A stretch of 64,000 nt of DNA from Macrostomum lignano (Eukaryota): positions 372,001 to 436,000 of the forward strand of contig NIVC01000006.1 of the NCBI GenBank assembly GCA_002269645.1, in the 5' to 3' direction. Below are positions 36,035-48,640 of this stretch, in pieces (the stretch's first letter is position 1; each line of letters begins with the position of its first letter). The translations under genes were made by a program, and so were the position numbers. The notes under the pieces are model-generated. The model saw nothing but the letters and a program-made list of their open reading frames with translations, was not told the origin of the DNA and did no database searches.

Positions 36035-39000
36035 TCTGCCGAAGTTGCTTCGTCCGCCGCAGCGGACCGGCCTCCAATTGAGGTGGCCGTCCTTCTGTCC
36101 GACGAGAAGGAGCGCAAGCTGCGCCTCTTCGAACGGTGCCGTCAGAATCCGCCGTCTGGGGTTCGATTCCACCGACTAGATTTAGACGAACTGCTGCAGT
36201 CGGGCAGTCGCTATAGAGTTGTGCTGCACAAGATTCACTCGGAATTGACCTCGAATAAACCCGAATCGATCGATCGTGTCCGGCGGTTTAAAGCTTGGAT
36301 AGAGGCAAGAGGCTCCGAGTTGGTTCTGTTGGACCCTCTGCGCGGCCTCGAGTCCATGCTGCTGTACCGCTTTGCCCAGTGCCAAGCTATGTCCAGGTGT
36401 GCTGGGGCAAAATAAATTTGCCTATTGTGTTCGATTGATTAATCCGCATTTGGTTAGAATATGTTAAGTAGCCAAATCACATGCATACACATCTGTCCAC
36501 GTACTTAAATGCATTCCCGCCCAAGCAGATGTACATTCGGATATCCTCCCAGTCATATGTACATCTTCGCCCATGCAAATGTAACAGTAAACTGCCACGC
36601 ATATGTGATGTACATTATACGCATATCCGCCCAAGCATACGTACGCGCAAATGTACACACCCGCCCACGCACATGTACACATACCCGCCCACGAACATGT
36701 ACACATACCTGCCCACGCACATGTACACCTGCCCGCCCACGCACATGTACACATACCTGCCCACGCACATGTACACACACCCAGGCACTTGTACCGGTAC
36801 ACCTGCCCGCCAAGGTACATGTACACAGACACACACAGGCACTTGTACCGGTACACCTGCCCGCCCACGCACGTACACAAATCCTTCCACGCCGTGAAAT
36901 TTACAGATGCGTCGCCGCATGCCCCGAGCCGCTGCGCCAGCGGGTGTTCGTGCCCCGCTACGCCCTCGTCCAGAACCCTGGCGACCCCGTCGCCGACTCC
37001 AACGGCGCGCTCCGCTTCCCGCTGCTGTGCAAGCCGCATCTGGCCTCCGGAGCGGAGGCGCACAGTATGTCGCTGGTGTTCAATGCCGGACAGCTGGCCG
37101 ACCTGCGGCCGCCCTTGGTGGCTCAGGAGTTTGTCAATCATGGTGCTAGGATTATCAAGGTAAGCATTGATAATTTCCTTTATTTCGGTCCGATAATCCA
37201 GACTCATTTCCTGATTCTTTACTACCAGATAATCCTCATCTTCACTACCAGATAATCCGCCCCTTCACTACCAAATAATCCACCCCTTCACTACCAAATA
37301 ATCCACCCCTTCACTACCAGATAATCCACCCCTTCACTACCAGATAATCCACACCTTCACTACCAGATAATCTGCCCCTTCACTACCAGATAATCTGCCC
37401 CTTCACTACCAGATAATCTGCCCCTTCACTACCAGATAATCTGCCCCTTCACTGCCAGATAATCCACACCTTCACTACCAGATAATCTGCCCCTTCACTA
37501 CCAGATAATCTGCCCCTTCACTACCAGATAATCTGCCCCTTCACTACCAGATAATCTGCCCCTTCACTACCAGATAATCTGCCCCTTCACTACCAGATAA
37601 TCTGCCCCTTCACTACCAGATAATCTGCCCCTTCACTACCAGATAATCTGCCCCTTCACTACCAGATAATCTGCCCCTTCACTACCAGATAATCTGCCCC
37701 TTCACTACCAGATAATCTGCCCCTTCACTGCCAGATAATCTGCCCCTTCACTATCCGATAATCTGCCCCTTCACTACCAGATAATCTGCCCCTTCACTAC
37801 CAGATAATCCGCCCCTTCACTACCAGATAATCTGCCCCTTCACTACCAGATAATCTGCCCCTTCACTACCAGATAATCTGCCCCTTCACTACCAGATAAT
37901 CTGCCCCTTCACTACCAGATAATCTGCCCCTTCACTGCCAGATAATCCACACCTTCACTACCAGATAATCTGCCCCTTCACTACCAGATAATCTGCCCCT
38001 TCACTACCAGATAATCTGCCCCTTCACTGCCAGATAATCCACACCTTCACTACCAGATAATCCACACCTTCACTACCAGATAATCTTCATCTTCACTACC
38101 AGATAATCCGCCCCTTTACTGCCAAATAATCCGCCCCTTCACTACCAGATAATCCGCCCCTTCACTACCAGATGATCCACACCTTCACTACCAGATAATC
38201 TGCCCCTTCACTATCCGATAATCCGCCCCTTCACTATCCGATAATCCGCCCCTTCACTATCCGATAATCCGCCCCTTCACTATCCGATAATCCGCCCCTT
38301 CACTATCCGATAATCCGCCCCTTCACTATCCGATAATCCGCTCATTCACTACCAGATAATCCGCCCCTTCACTGCCAGATAATCCGTCCCTTCACTGCCA
38401 GATAATCCGCCCCTTCACTGCCAGATAATCTGCCCCTTCACTATCCGATAATCTCCCCTTTCACTACCAGATAATCCGCCCCTTCACTACCAGATAATCT
38501 GCCCCTTCACTACCAGATAATCTGCCCCTTCACTACCAGATAATCTGCCCCTTCACTACCAGATAATCTGCCCCTTCACTACCAGATAATCTGCCCCTTC
38601 ACTGCCAGATAATCCACACCTTCACTACCAGATAATCTGCCCCTTCACTACCAGATAATCTGCCCCTTCACTACCAGATAATCTGCCCCTTCACTGCCAG
38701 ATAATCCACACCTTCACTACCAGATAATCCACACCTTCACTACCAGATAATCTTCACCTTCACTACCAGATAATCTGCCCCTTCACTACCAGATAATCTG
38801 CCCCTTCACTACCAGATAATCTGCCCCTTCACTACCAGATAATCCGCCCCTTCACTACCAGATGATCCACACCTTCACTACCAGATAATCTGCCCCTTCA
38901 CTATCCGATAATCCGCCCCTTCACTATCCGATAATCCGCCCCTTCACTATCCGATAATCCGCCCCTTCACTATCCGATAATCCGCCCCTTCACTATCCGA

Positions 39001-40754
39001 TAATCCGCCCCTTCACTATCCGATAATCCGCTCATTCACTACCAGATAATCCGCCCCTTCACTGCCAGATAATCCGTCCCTTCACTGCCAGATAATCCGC
39101 CCCTTCACTGCCAGATAATCTGCCCCTTCACTATCCGATAATCTCCCCTTTCACTACCAGATAATCCGCCCCTTCACTACCAGATAATCTGCCCCTTCAC
39201 TACCAGATAATCTGCCCTTCACTACCAGATAATCTGCCCCTTCACTACCAGATAATCTGCCCCTTCACTACCAGATAATCTGCCCCTTCACTGCCAGATA
39301 ATCCACACCTTCACTACCAGATAATCTGCCCCTTCACTACCAGATAATCTGCCCCTTCACTACCAGATAATCTGCCCCTTCACTGCCAGATAATCCACAC
39401 CTTCACTACCAGATAATCCACACCTTCACTACCAGATAATCTTCACCTTCACTACCAGATAATCTGCCCCTTCACTACCAGATAATCTGCCCCTTCACTA
39501 CCAGATAATCTGCCCCTTCACTACCAGATAATCCGCCCCTTCACTACCAGATGATCCACACCTTCACTACCAGATAATCTGCCCCTTCACTATCCGATAA
39601 TCCGCCCCTTCACTATCCGATAATCCGCCCCTTCACTATCCGATAATCCGCCCCTTCACTATCCGATAATCCGCCCCTTCACTATCCGATAATCCGCCCC
39701 TTCACTATCCGATAATCCGCTCATTCACTACCAGATAATCCGCCCCTTCACTGCCAGATAATCCGTCCCTTCACTGCCAGATAATCCGCCCCTTCACTGC
39801 CAGATAATCTGCCCCTTCACTATCCGATAATCCGCCCCTTCACTATCCGATAATCCGCCCCTTCACTATCCGATAATCCGCCCCTTCACTATCCGATAAT
39901 CCGCCCCTTCACTACCAGATAATCCGCCCCTTCACTATCCGATAATCCGCCCCTTCACTACCAGATAATCCGCCCCTTCACTACCAGATAATCCGCCCCT
40001 TCACTGGCAGATAATCCGCCCCTTCACTACCAGATAATCTGCCCCTTCACCGCCAGATAATCCGCCCCTTCACTGCCAGATAATCCGCCCCTTCACTGCC
40101 AGATAATCCGCCCCTTCACTGGCAGATAATCCGCCCCTTCACTACCAGATAATCCGCCCCTTCACTGGCAGATAATCCGCCCCTTCACTACCAGATAATC
40201 CGCCCCTTCACTGGCAGATAATCCGCCCCTTCACTACCAGATAATCCGCCCCTTCACCGCCAGATAATCCGCCCCTTCACTGCCAGATAATCCGCCCCTT
40301 CACTGGCAGATAATCCGCCCCTTCACTACCAGATAATCTGCCCCTTCACCGCCCCCTTCAACCGCAGGTGTACGTCCTTGGCAGCCGAATTCACGCCTGC
40401 ATTCGTCCGTCAGTTCGCGATTTCCAGGCCGATTACGCCGGCCCGGCCATCCAGTTCTCCAGCCACGCCGTCTCCAAGGCCGGCTGCCAGTCCGAGCTGT
40501 CCGACGCCGCTGCCTCCGCTCAAAACGGCGATGACGGCGAGATGCTGCTGTCCCGCTACTCCGGCCTGCTGGAGCCGCTGTGCCGTGCGTGCCGCTCTGT
40601 GCTCGGCCTCGACCTGCTCAATTTGGACCTGGTGCCCGACACCCGATCTGGTAGATTAGGCCTGGTAGACATTAACCAGTTTCCCGGATTCGAGTCCATG
40701 CCCAACTATGTTGACGCTCTGGTTGAGTTGATCAAGCTGAAGGTTAATTATTAG
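36035..40754 (+). CDS. ITPK1: Inositol-tetrakisphosphate 1-kinase (ATP-grasp), 3 exons; no genomic ATG
   Basis: Exons 36035-36396, 36907-37159 and 40368-40754 join in frame (1002 nt). Motifs [20 protein letters not shown]...[50 protein letters not shown]. Confidence 0.9.
36480..36880. repeat. Degenerate ~24-bp repeat (CATGTACACATACCTGCCCACGCA) in ITPK1 intron 1
   Basis: Direct. Confidence 0.8.
37215..40355. repeat. Intronic minisatellite, 23-bp unit CCAGATAATCTGCCCCTTCACTA, with ~690-bp higher-order repeat
   Basis: Roughly 135 copies. Diagnostic variants recur at 38341/39031/39721 (CTCATTCACT) and 38171/38862/39550 (GATGATCCACACC). Confidence 0.95.
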
Positions 40755-40839
40755 TCAGGACATTGGGCCCCGTCGGGTGAAGGACTGTCGGACTGAGTCG
40801 ATTTGAATAGGAAATCTTTTTATTCCCTGATTTATCCCC

Positions 40840-41800
40840 TCTCCACTTCATTCTATCCCCTCTCCTCTCCATTCTATCCCCTCTCCACTCCATTCTATCC
40901 TCCTCTCCACTTCATTCTATCCCCTCTCCTCTTCATTCTATCCCCTCTCCACTCCATTCTATCCCCTCTCCACTCCATTCTATCCCTTCTCCTCTCCATT
41001 CTATCCCCTCTCCACTCCATTCTATCCCCCTCTCCACTTCATTCTATCCCCTCTCCTCTTCATTCTATCCCCTCTCCACTCCATTCTATCCCCTCTCCAC
41101 TCCATTCTATCCCCTCTCCACTCCATTCTATCCCCTCTCCACTTCATTCTATCCCCTCTCCACTCCATTCTATCCCCTCTCCACTCAATTCTGTCCCCTC
41201 TCCTCTTCATTCTATCCCCTCTCCACTCCATTCTATCCCCTCTCCACTCCATTCTGTCCCCTCTCCTCTTCATTCTATCCCCTCTCCACTCCATTCTATC
41301 CTCCTCTCCACTTCATTCTATCCCCTCTCCTCTTCATTCTATCCCCTCTCCACTCCATTCTATCCCCTCTCCACTCCATTCTATCCCCTCTCCACTTCAT
41401 TCTATCCCCTCTCCACTCCATTCTATCCCTTCTCCTCTCCATTCTATCCCCTCTCCACTCCATTCTATCCCCTCTCCACTCCATTCTATCCCCTCTCCAC
41501 TTCATTCTATCCCCTCTCCACTCCATTCTATCCCCTCTCCACTCAATTCTGTCCCCTCTCCTCTTCATTCTATCCCCTCTCCACTCCATTCTATCCCCTC
41601 TCCACTCCATTCTGTCCCCTCTCCTCTTCATTCTATCCCCTCTCCACTCCATTCTATCCCCTCCACTCCATTCTATCCCCTCTCCACTCCATTCTATCCC
41701 CTCTCCACTTCATTCTATCCCCTCTCCACTCCATTCTATCCCCTCTCCACTCCATTCTGTCCCCTCTCTACTCCATTCTATCCCCTCGCCACTCCATTTG
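40840..41800. repeat. Minisatellite, 21-bp unit CCACTCCATTCTATCCCCTCT
   Basis: About 45 copies 3' of ITPK1. Confidence 0.95.
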
Positions 41801-42324
41801 ACCCCCCTCTCGCTCACCCATTGGAACCTCTACCTCCCACTGATTTATTTCACGTTTTTATGCTTTTGGATGTAATGCACTTTTAGGAAGTTTAACTGAC
41901 TTATCTGAAGCAGTATATTTAACTTGCCTAAACAATACATACCCAGTGTGCACTCGCTACTCTTGCAGTAATTCCTGCTTTACTATTTAGTGCAATTTGA
42001 ACAGGTATTTTGACTAATCCTGCTAACAATCAGCTAATGTTTAATTACCAGCAGTTCACCCGTGTCCCCGGCTCGCGCCGTCCTTGCGACTGGAATCTGT
42101 TTAATCCGATTTTTGCTTTTTATACACTGTACCTTCTAAGATTTTTCTTTTGTCAAAGCCATCGCCTGCTGATTGAGTGTTAGACTGCTAAACTACAATA
42201 TATATTCCTTTCTATTATGTTATTAGGATTTATGACTTGATTGCGCTTCAGATTGTCGTCTATTAAATCCTAACTAATTTGTTTGGTTTTCTGTTTTAGT
42301 ACATTCTGCATCAAAAGCAATGTC

Positions 42325-42384
42325 AGTGTCTGACTGTCTGTCTGTCTGTCCGTCTGTCTGTCTGTCTGTCTGTCTGCCTCTCTG

Positions 42385-42429
<45 letters not shown>

Positions 42430-42512
42430 GCCTGCCTGTCTGCCTGTCTGTCTGCCTCTCTGTGTCTGTCTGTCTGTCTGTCTGTCTGCCTCTCTGTGTC
42501 TGCCTGCCTGCC

Positions 42513-42555
<43 letters not shown>

Positions 42556-42684
42556 GTGTGTGTGTCTGTCTGTCTGTCTGTCTGTCTGTCTGCCTGCCTG
42601 CCTGTTTGTCTGTCTGCCTGTCTGTCTGTCTGCCTGCCTGCCTGTTTGTCTGTCTGCCTGTCTGTCTGCCTCTCTGTGTCTGCC

Positions 42685-42729
<45 letters not shown>

Positions 42730-42832
42730 GACTGTCTGTCTGTCTGTCCGTCTGTCTGTCTGTCTGTCCGTCTGTCTGTCTGTCTGCCTGCCTCTCTGTG
42801 TCTGTCTGTCTTAGTGTCTGTCTGTCTATCTT

Positions 42833-42883
<51 letters not shown>

Positions 42884-42905
42884 GCCTCTTTGTGTCTGCC
42901 TGTCT
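42325..42905. repeat. (TCTG)n microsatellite
   Basis: Direct. Confidence 0.95.
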
Positions 42906-43701
42906 GTTTTTCTTTTAGAAATGTAAAGTTTGTCGATTTACACAGGGACAACGGCTGTGTGACATGTTTGAAGGCATTGCGGATGTGAAAGTATACTTTA
43001 TTTTTTATTTTCGGTGCTCATACAGTATAAATGAAATTGAAATATTTTTTCTCTCTTGACGGTAAAATCAGGTAGGTATGCAAAAGGTGAACTTCTTACA
43101 AAAAGTTATAAAGAAGGCATTACAGTATTTCGACTGAGAAAAAAATCTAGATAGAGAAAGGCAGGAAAGCTCTTTAGCGATCAAACAGCTTCTTCTCTGA
43201 AAATCGATAATCTGATTAAAGATAAAGGCATAGTGTGGGCGTTCACTATAACACAAGCTGCAGGTGTGCAAACTAAACTAAAATTGGAACTGTAACTAAA
43301 ACTTGTTGGTTACAGCTATTATATAAAAGTTCAGCCATTGAAAACCTGTCAAAAAACCTTCAGTTTCAGAGTGACGCAGCTGGTGTGAAATGACTTGTGC
43401 AATAAGCTGGCTCGTATATTAAAGCAAGAAGGCCCATTACAGCACAGCAGTTACTTTTTGTTAGAGGCACCCTAAGCGGCATTGTCACACAACTGGCGAT
43501 AGGCATTACTGCCCATTCCGCCGACTCCCCTGAGCAGGCACACACTCACACAGGAGTGTACAGCGGCCCTAACTTTATTTTATCGTTAGGCATGTACACT
43601 TCACTGTGCCTTGGGGGTTGGCCCTCAATGGCATTAATTGCACGAGCTGAGCCAAGCCGAGATTCCAATTCAGCCCCAGTAGCCCCAGTAAAACAGTTGC
43701 T

Positions 43702-44115
43702 AGGCGTAGCCAGGATTCTTCATTGGGAATAGGAGCGCCTCTAAGTAGCAGCTGATATCATTTGAGTAGGCGCCAATCTCATTTGAGTAAGCGCCAATCT
43801 CATTTGAGTAAGCGCCAATCTCATTTGAGTAAGCGCCAATCTCATTTGAGTAAGCGCCAATCTTATTTGAGTAAGCGCCAATCTTATTTGAGTAAGCGCC
43901 AATCTCATTTAAGTAAGCGCCAATCTCATTTAAGTAAGCGCCAATCTCATTTGAGTAAGCGCCAATCTCATTTGAGTAAGCGCCAATCTCATTTGAGTAA
44001 GCGCCAATCTCATTTGAGTAAGCGCCAATCTCATTTGAGTAAGCGCCAATCTCATTTGAATGAACTGCTGCAAGGAGGTACTTTTGCCAGTCAACTGGAT
44101 CCTTGACTACGCCCC
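43702..44115. mobile_element. Putative MITE with GGCGTAG-type imperfect TIRs, carrying an internal 21-bp minisatellite (ATTTGAGTAAGCGCCAATCTC, 43762-44058)
   Basis: GGCGTAGCCAGGAT at 43703 versus ATCCTTGACTACGCC at 44099-44113; no clear TSD. Confidence 0.5.
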
Positions 44116-44505
44116 TTGGTTGAACATTGCATTGAGCATCTCGGATTGCACCAGCCGTAACCGCAGCATTTTTAAAAGTGCATTTATTGATGGCTACCGT
44201 AAAAAAATGATAAATGTCTATTTTAAGCGGCTAAACAGTTGCTACACACGCGCGTGCTTAAGATCTAAGCAAAACTAATTAGAAAAGTGTAGAAAAACGA
44301 TTTACGAGCTGTGGCGCATTTTGCAGTGCAGCAGCTTCTCTAAATAAGAAATTTTTGAAGGCCGATTTTTTAAACAATTTTTTTTCTTTTAAGGACAACA
44401 ACTTGAGTAGCTATAATGCTGTCCTGTCCTTTTCAGCGCTTTGCTTGGATTTCCACACAGTTATTTTGAATTCAAAAATCGGCCTTCAAAAGTGTAATTT
44501 ATTAC

Positions 44506-46368
44506 TCAAGCCAGCTCCACTTTCATCTGGTCGCTCTGCTTCGATTGTGACTTCGGCTTTGACGACTTCTTCTGCAGTTTGATCTCCTCTTCGTCGCTGG
44601 ATCCGCCCGGATACTCTTGGCTGCTGTCGTCTTCATCGTCCTCCTCCTCCTTCGGCTGCTCCGCCCGCTGCTCCATGTCGATGCTGATGACGTCATCGTT
44701 TAAAGCGGAGCCGGTGCTCAAAGCGCCGCCGCGCCCGCCGCAACGGCAGCCGACAGGCCGCATCTGCGCTACGGTGTTTGGCATGGCGCGGCCACGTGAC
44801 TCCGGCAGTAGCAGCGCCGCCAGGCCGGCCAAGACGGTGACCGATCCGTACAGCAGGCTGGGCAGGTGCGGGTACACCTGGGACAGGATGCCGCCCAGCT
44901 CCGGGGCCATGAACTGGCCGAGGCCCATCACGCTGAATGCAAAGAACAGCGAGCAGCTGCGCACGGTCGTGGGCAGCACCTCGGAGCCGTAGACGTTCAG
45001 CTCGCTGTAGGCGACGGTGATGCTGAACTTCACCGCGATGGCCACGCAGCTGTGCGCCTGGAACACCACGCTGGGGTCTCTGGGAATGAATGGCATGAGG
45101 ATGAGGCCCAGGCCGCAGAAGCACATGGTGATCACGGTGGTTGGCTTCCTACCAATTCGATTGATCATCTGCCAGGCGATGAGGTAGGCCGGCACCTCCA
45201 ACAGGCCGGAGATGAGCACGTTCAGGTACGGATCCAAGGTGATGAAGTCGCGCTGAAAGCACATGGCGTGATAGACAAATGCGGCGGTGAAAAAGTTGAC
45301 AGTAACCACGGCCAGGGTGATCAAATAATCGGCGTTGAAGATGTTCTCCTTGGGCAGGCACTTGAGGATGCGCCTTGAGGACGCGGAGTCTTCGCCGCTG
45401 TTGACAAATTCGTTGTCGGTCAGTTCGAACTTGTCCAACGCGTTCGGGCAGCCTGAAAATTTGCACACCTGTCGGAGAATTTTCTCCGCCCGACGCGTCT
45501 TGCCCCGGGTGAGCAGCCAGCGAGGCGACTCGGGCAGCACCGGGATGTAGGTGGCGAAGCTCAGGCCCGTGATGACCACCACGGCCATCATCTGGTGTCG
45601 CCAGTTCAGCATGTAGTAGCTAATTGCGGCAGAGCTGCTGTAGGCCACCACCCAGGTCATCCAGAACATGTTGCCGTGCAGGCTGCGGTAGTTTTCCCCG
45701 ACCAGCTCCGTGATGAGTATGAGGCCCATAAGCAGGGCGGGGTCGCCACAGCCCATGAAGAATCTGAGCACCATCTGGGCGGTGAGATCCTTGACGAAGA
45801 CCACAGCCAGGTTGCATGCCAGGTTGAGGTAGCAGAAAGCCACAAGCACTGTCTTGCGGCCGAGCAGATCGCCCAGAGGCCCGACCAGGGTGGACAGGAA
45901 GACGCCGAACTGCAGCACCGTCTGCATTCGGTCGTTGAGATACTGCCTATCGCAGACCATTTCGTACTCGATCAGCATGGTCCACCGGTCCGGGTGGTCG
46001 GGGTTGAACTGCCACGCCTCGCACTTCTCAGTCCCGGTGGCGGCAGCGGAGCTCGAATCGTTCTGAAAGTCATCCTCCAGGTTCAACAGACCGTCAGCGC
46101 CGCGCCAGAACCTCGGCGCTCTGCAGGTGAACTGCTCGATGCTAAAATTCAACGCGAAGCTGTTATTTGCAAGGACGTCAGTCCAGGACAAAGTCTGATT
46201 GTCCACGATCGCTTGGGCGCAGTGGAACGGCACGCTAGCCGTAGCCAAGTTCGTCACGAACATGTCGAATGCGGACTTCATGGACAGCACGGACAGCAGG
46301 ATGGTGATGGTCCAGCGGTAGCCGGGCCCCGACTTGGAGATTTGCTTCAGCAGTTCTTCGTAATTCAT
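44506..46368 (-). CDS. SLC22-like organic cation/anion MFS transporter, paralog 1, intronless, 620 aa
   Basis: Large Cys-containing extracellular loop after TM1 (EYEMVCDR), GDLLGRK, LPESPRWLL, RIGRK, YGSEVLPTTVRS, LLLPESRG; about 12 hydrophobic segments; acidic tail. Confidence 0.92.
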   Translation of the reverse strand: MNYEELLKQISKSGPGYRWTITILLSVLSMKSAFDMFVTNLATASVPFHCAQAIVDNQTLSWTDVLANNSFALNFSIEQFTCRAPRFWRGADGLLNLEDDFQNDSSSAAATGTEKCEAWQFNPDHPDRWTMLIEYEMVCDRQYLNDRMQTVLQFGVFLSTLVGPLGDLLGRKTVLVAFCYLNLACNLAVVFVKDLTAQMVLRFFMGCGDPALLMGLILITELVGENYRSLHGNMFWMTWVVAYSSSAAISYYMLNWRHQMMAVVVITGLSFATYIPVLPESPRWLLTRGKTRRAEKILRQVCKFSGCPNALDKFELTDNEFVNSGEDSASSRRILKCLPKENIFNADYLITLAVVTVNFFTAAFVYHAMCFQRDFITLDPYLNVLISGLLEVPAYLIAWQMINRIGRKPTTVITMCFCGLGLILMPFIPRDPSVVFQAHSCVAIAVKFSITVAYSELNVYGSEVLPTTVRSCSLFFAFSVMGLGQFMAPELGGILSQVYPHLPSLLYGSVTVLAGLAALLLPESRGRAMPNTVAQMRPVGCRCGGRGGALSTGSALNDDVISIDMEQRAEQPKEEEDDEDDSSQEYPGGSSDEEEIKLQKKSSKPKSQSKQSDQMKVELA

Positions 46369-47444
46369 CTCTACTGACTATTTTAATCTGGCGATCCAGC
46401 CTGTTCATATGTCTGCAATACGAGGTGGCGATGGGGTCTACGTGAAATGCGCTGGTCCAGTTCGGGCAGACTGGGAAACGAGGTTAAAGTACACGCAGCC
46501 TATGTTGAGCCTCGTACGATTTAACCCCTTACAGACAGAACAGGCGGACAAAATCTTTCTCTGCCTTTTCCCAAAGCCTCCCAGTGAACAACTTACCGTT
46601 GTTGCTTCCGATTTGCACTGCCCTCGGACTTTGATGATTCGGATAGCTGAGCAGCCTCTACCATACGGTCTGCAAATGTTTAAGTGCTTTCAGCAATGTT
46701 TTACAGCAAAACAATGGGCTGGTCGGCCGGGGCTGCTGACCTACAAAATGTTTAGCGACAGCCGGAAAAAAGTGAGCGAGACAGAGAACGGCGAGAACAG
46801 CTGGAGCTGGGAGTGTGCAGTACTCCGCATCATTGCATTGTATTTATCTGCTGGCTATTACTGTATGATTGTACACTTGAGGTCTGCAGCCACTCGGAAC
46901 ACTACTTGTCAGCTTCTCTGCCCCACACTGTACTCCGGAAAACCTCATCGCATCCTAGCGCTGCCTCCCCTCAAAGCTGCATGCCATTAACCCACAGTTC
47001 ATTCAGTCTGTCTTTCTCGCCCCTCCGCCCGGCCTGTGGGAATTTTCCATGACGCTAATTTTAGACGGGTTCTCGGGTTTTTTCCAACAAGTATGCGGGT
47101 TTCTCTTAGTGTGTGCCTGTGCGTCCTTTCAACGTCTTAATAACATTATACGGCTGCTTTCTCAGCGATGGCACAATGTCACAATGTACCCTGCATACTC
47201 GTACATGTTGCACCACTGTATCCTTTTAGGCTATAATATTCACATATTGTAACTTTCGTTCAAGGGAGAGAGATACGAAAGACAGCTTTGTAATCTGCCC
47301 TCTTGCCACCCTCCTTTTTGGTCTTAGTTACATTTATTGTATAATCAATCTGCTTTTATGTGTCCAATTGAAACTTGATAGGTTTACTTTTTTGTGACAA
47401 ATTTCTCCATCTAGCTCGTTACTGTCCATGTGTGCACTTTGTCT

Positions 47445-47765
47445 ATCTATACCTACCTGTCCATGTATTAAGCATGTCTACCCTGCCTACCTGTTCATAT
47501 ATTCACCCTTGTCTACCCTGTCTACTTGTCCGTTTATTCACCTTGTCTACCTGCCTACCTGTCCACGTATTCACCATTATCTACCTGCCTACCTGTCCAT
47601 ATATTCACCCTTATCTACCTGCCTACCTGTCCATGTATTCACCTTGTCTACCCTGCCTACCTGTCCATATATTCACCCTTGTCTACCTGTCTACCTGTCC
47701 ATGTATTCAGCTTGTCTACCTGTCTACTTTCCGTGGGTTCACTTTGTCTACTAATCTACTTGTCT
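47445..47765. repeat. Degenerate ~33-bp repeat (CTACCTGCCTACCTGTCCATATATTCACCCTTGT)
   Basis: Direct. Confidence 0.8.
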
Positions 47766-48119
47766 ACGTCTGTTCTAGTTTGCCTTTCCTTATGGTAGCT
47801 GTATATATATTTTCATATTTTTATCACTCAAAAGATCAAAAATATGAATAATCACGAAAATCCGGAAATTTCCGGATTCATCCAGCCCACCTTAAAGAAC
47901 AAAGATTTTTTGTTTCACTTGCACTTAAAAAAACAGTAAAATTAATTCTAAGCTGCGTAGGGGGATGGGGCAGAGATCCGGTTCTGTGAAATCTGATAGT
48001 GTAACTCTTTGACCTGAAGTAGCCACGAAAACGTAAACACAGCTTTCTGAATCAGCCCGTCGCGCTTCTAGAGTTCTTTCAGCCCTTTGAAAATCTGTAA
48101 TTATGCGAAAAATGTCCCA

Positions 48120-48640
48120 TATTAATTTCTCGATAATCACCCCATTGATTTCTCGATAATCACCCTATTGATTTCTCGATAATCACCCTATTGATTTCTC
48201 GATAATCACCACAATAATTTCTCGATAATCACACCATTGATTTCTCGATAATCACCCTATTGATTTCTCGATAATCACACCATTGATTTCTCGATAATCA
48301 CCCTATTGATTTCTCGATAATCACCCCATTGATTTCTCGATAATCACCCTATTGATTTCTCGATAATCACCCCATTGATTTCTCGATAATCACCCCATTG
48401 ATTTCTCGATAATCACCCTATTGATTTCTCAATAATCACTTCATTGATTTCTCGATAATCACCCAAAAAATTCTCGATAATCACCCAAAAAATTCTCGAT
48501 AATCACCAAAAAATTCTCGATAATCATCCCATTGATTTCTTGATAATTACCCCATTGAATTCTCAATAATCACCTCATTGATTTCTCGATAATCACCACA
48601 ATAATTTCTAAATAATCACCCCATTGATTTCTCGATAATA
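48120..48640. repeat. Minisatellite, 23-bp unit ATTGATTTCTCGATAATCACCCC
   Basis: About 22 copies. Confidence 0.93.

Noticed and set aside
37215-40355. Regular short repeats resembling a CRISPR array (also the other 20-40-bp arrays)
   Set aside because: Units are head to tail with no unique spacers, there are no cas genes, and the context is eukaryotic introns
42320-42918. CLSV/DRQT-repeat ORFs (also 22086-22447, 32940-33466, 40803-41801, 49127-49839, 54090-55061)
   Set aside because: They are translations of micro- or minisatellites that lack stops in several frames
44579-46377. Long antisense and alternate-frame ORFs overlapping the SLC22, ASB, COX15 and MICOS exons
   Set aside because: Shadow ORFs caused by GC-rich codon usage; no recognisable motifs
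46409-46990. 193-aa ORF upstream of SLC22 paralog 1
   Set aside because: No motifs, composition unlike the genuine exons; probably chance
47925-48140. Possible further SLC22 relic (DSESCVYVF)
   Set aside because: Resemblance to the loop region is too weak to support by eye
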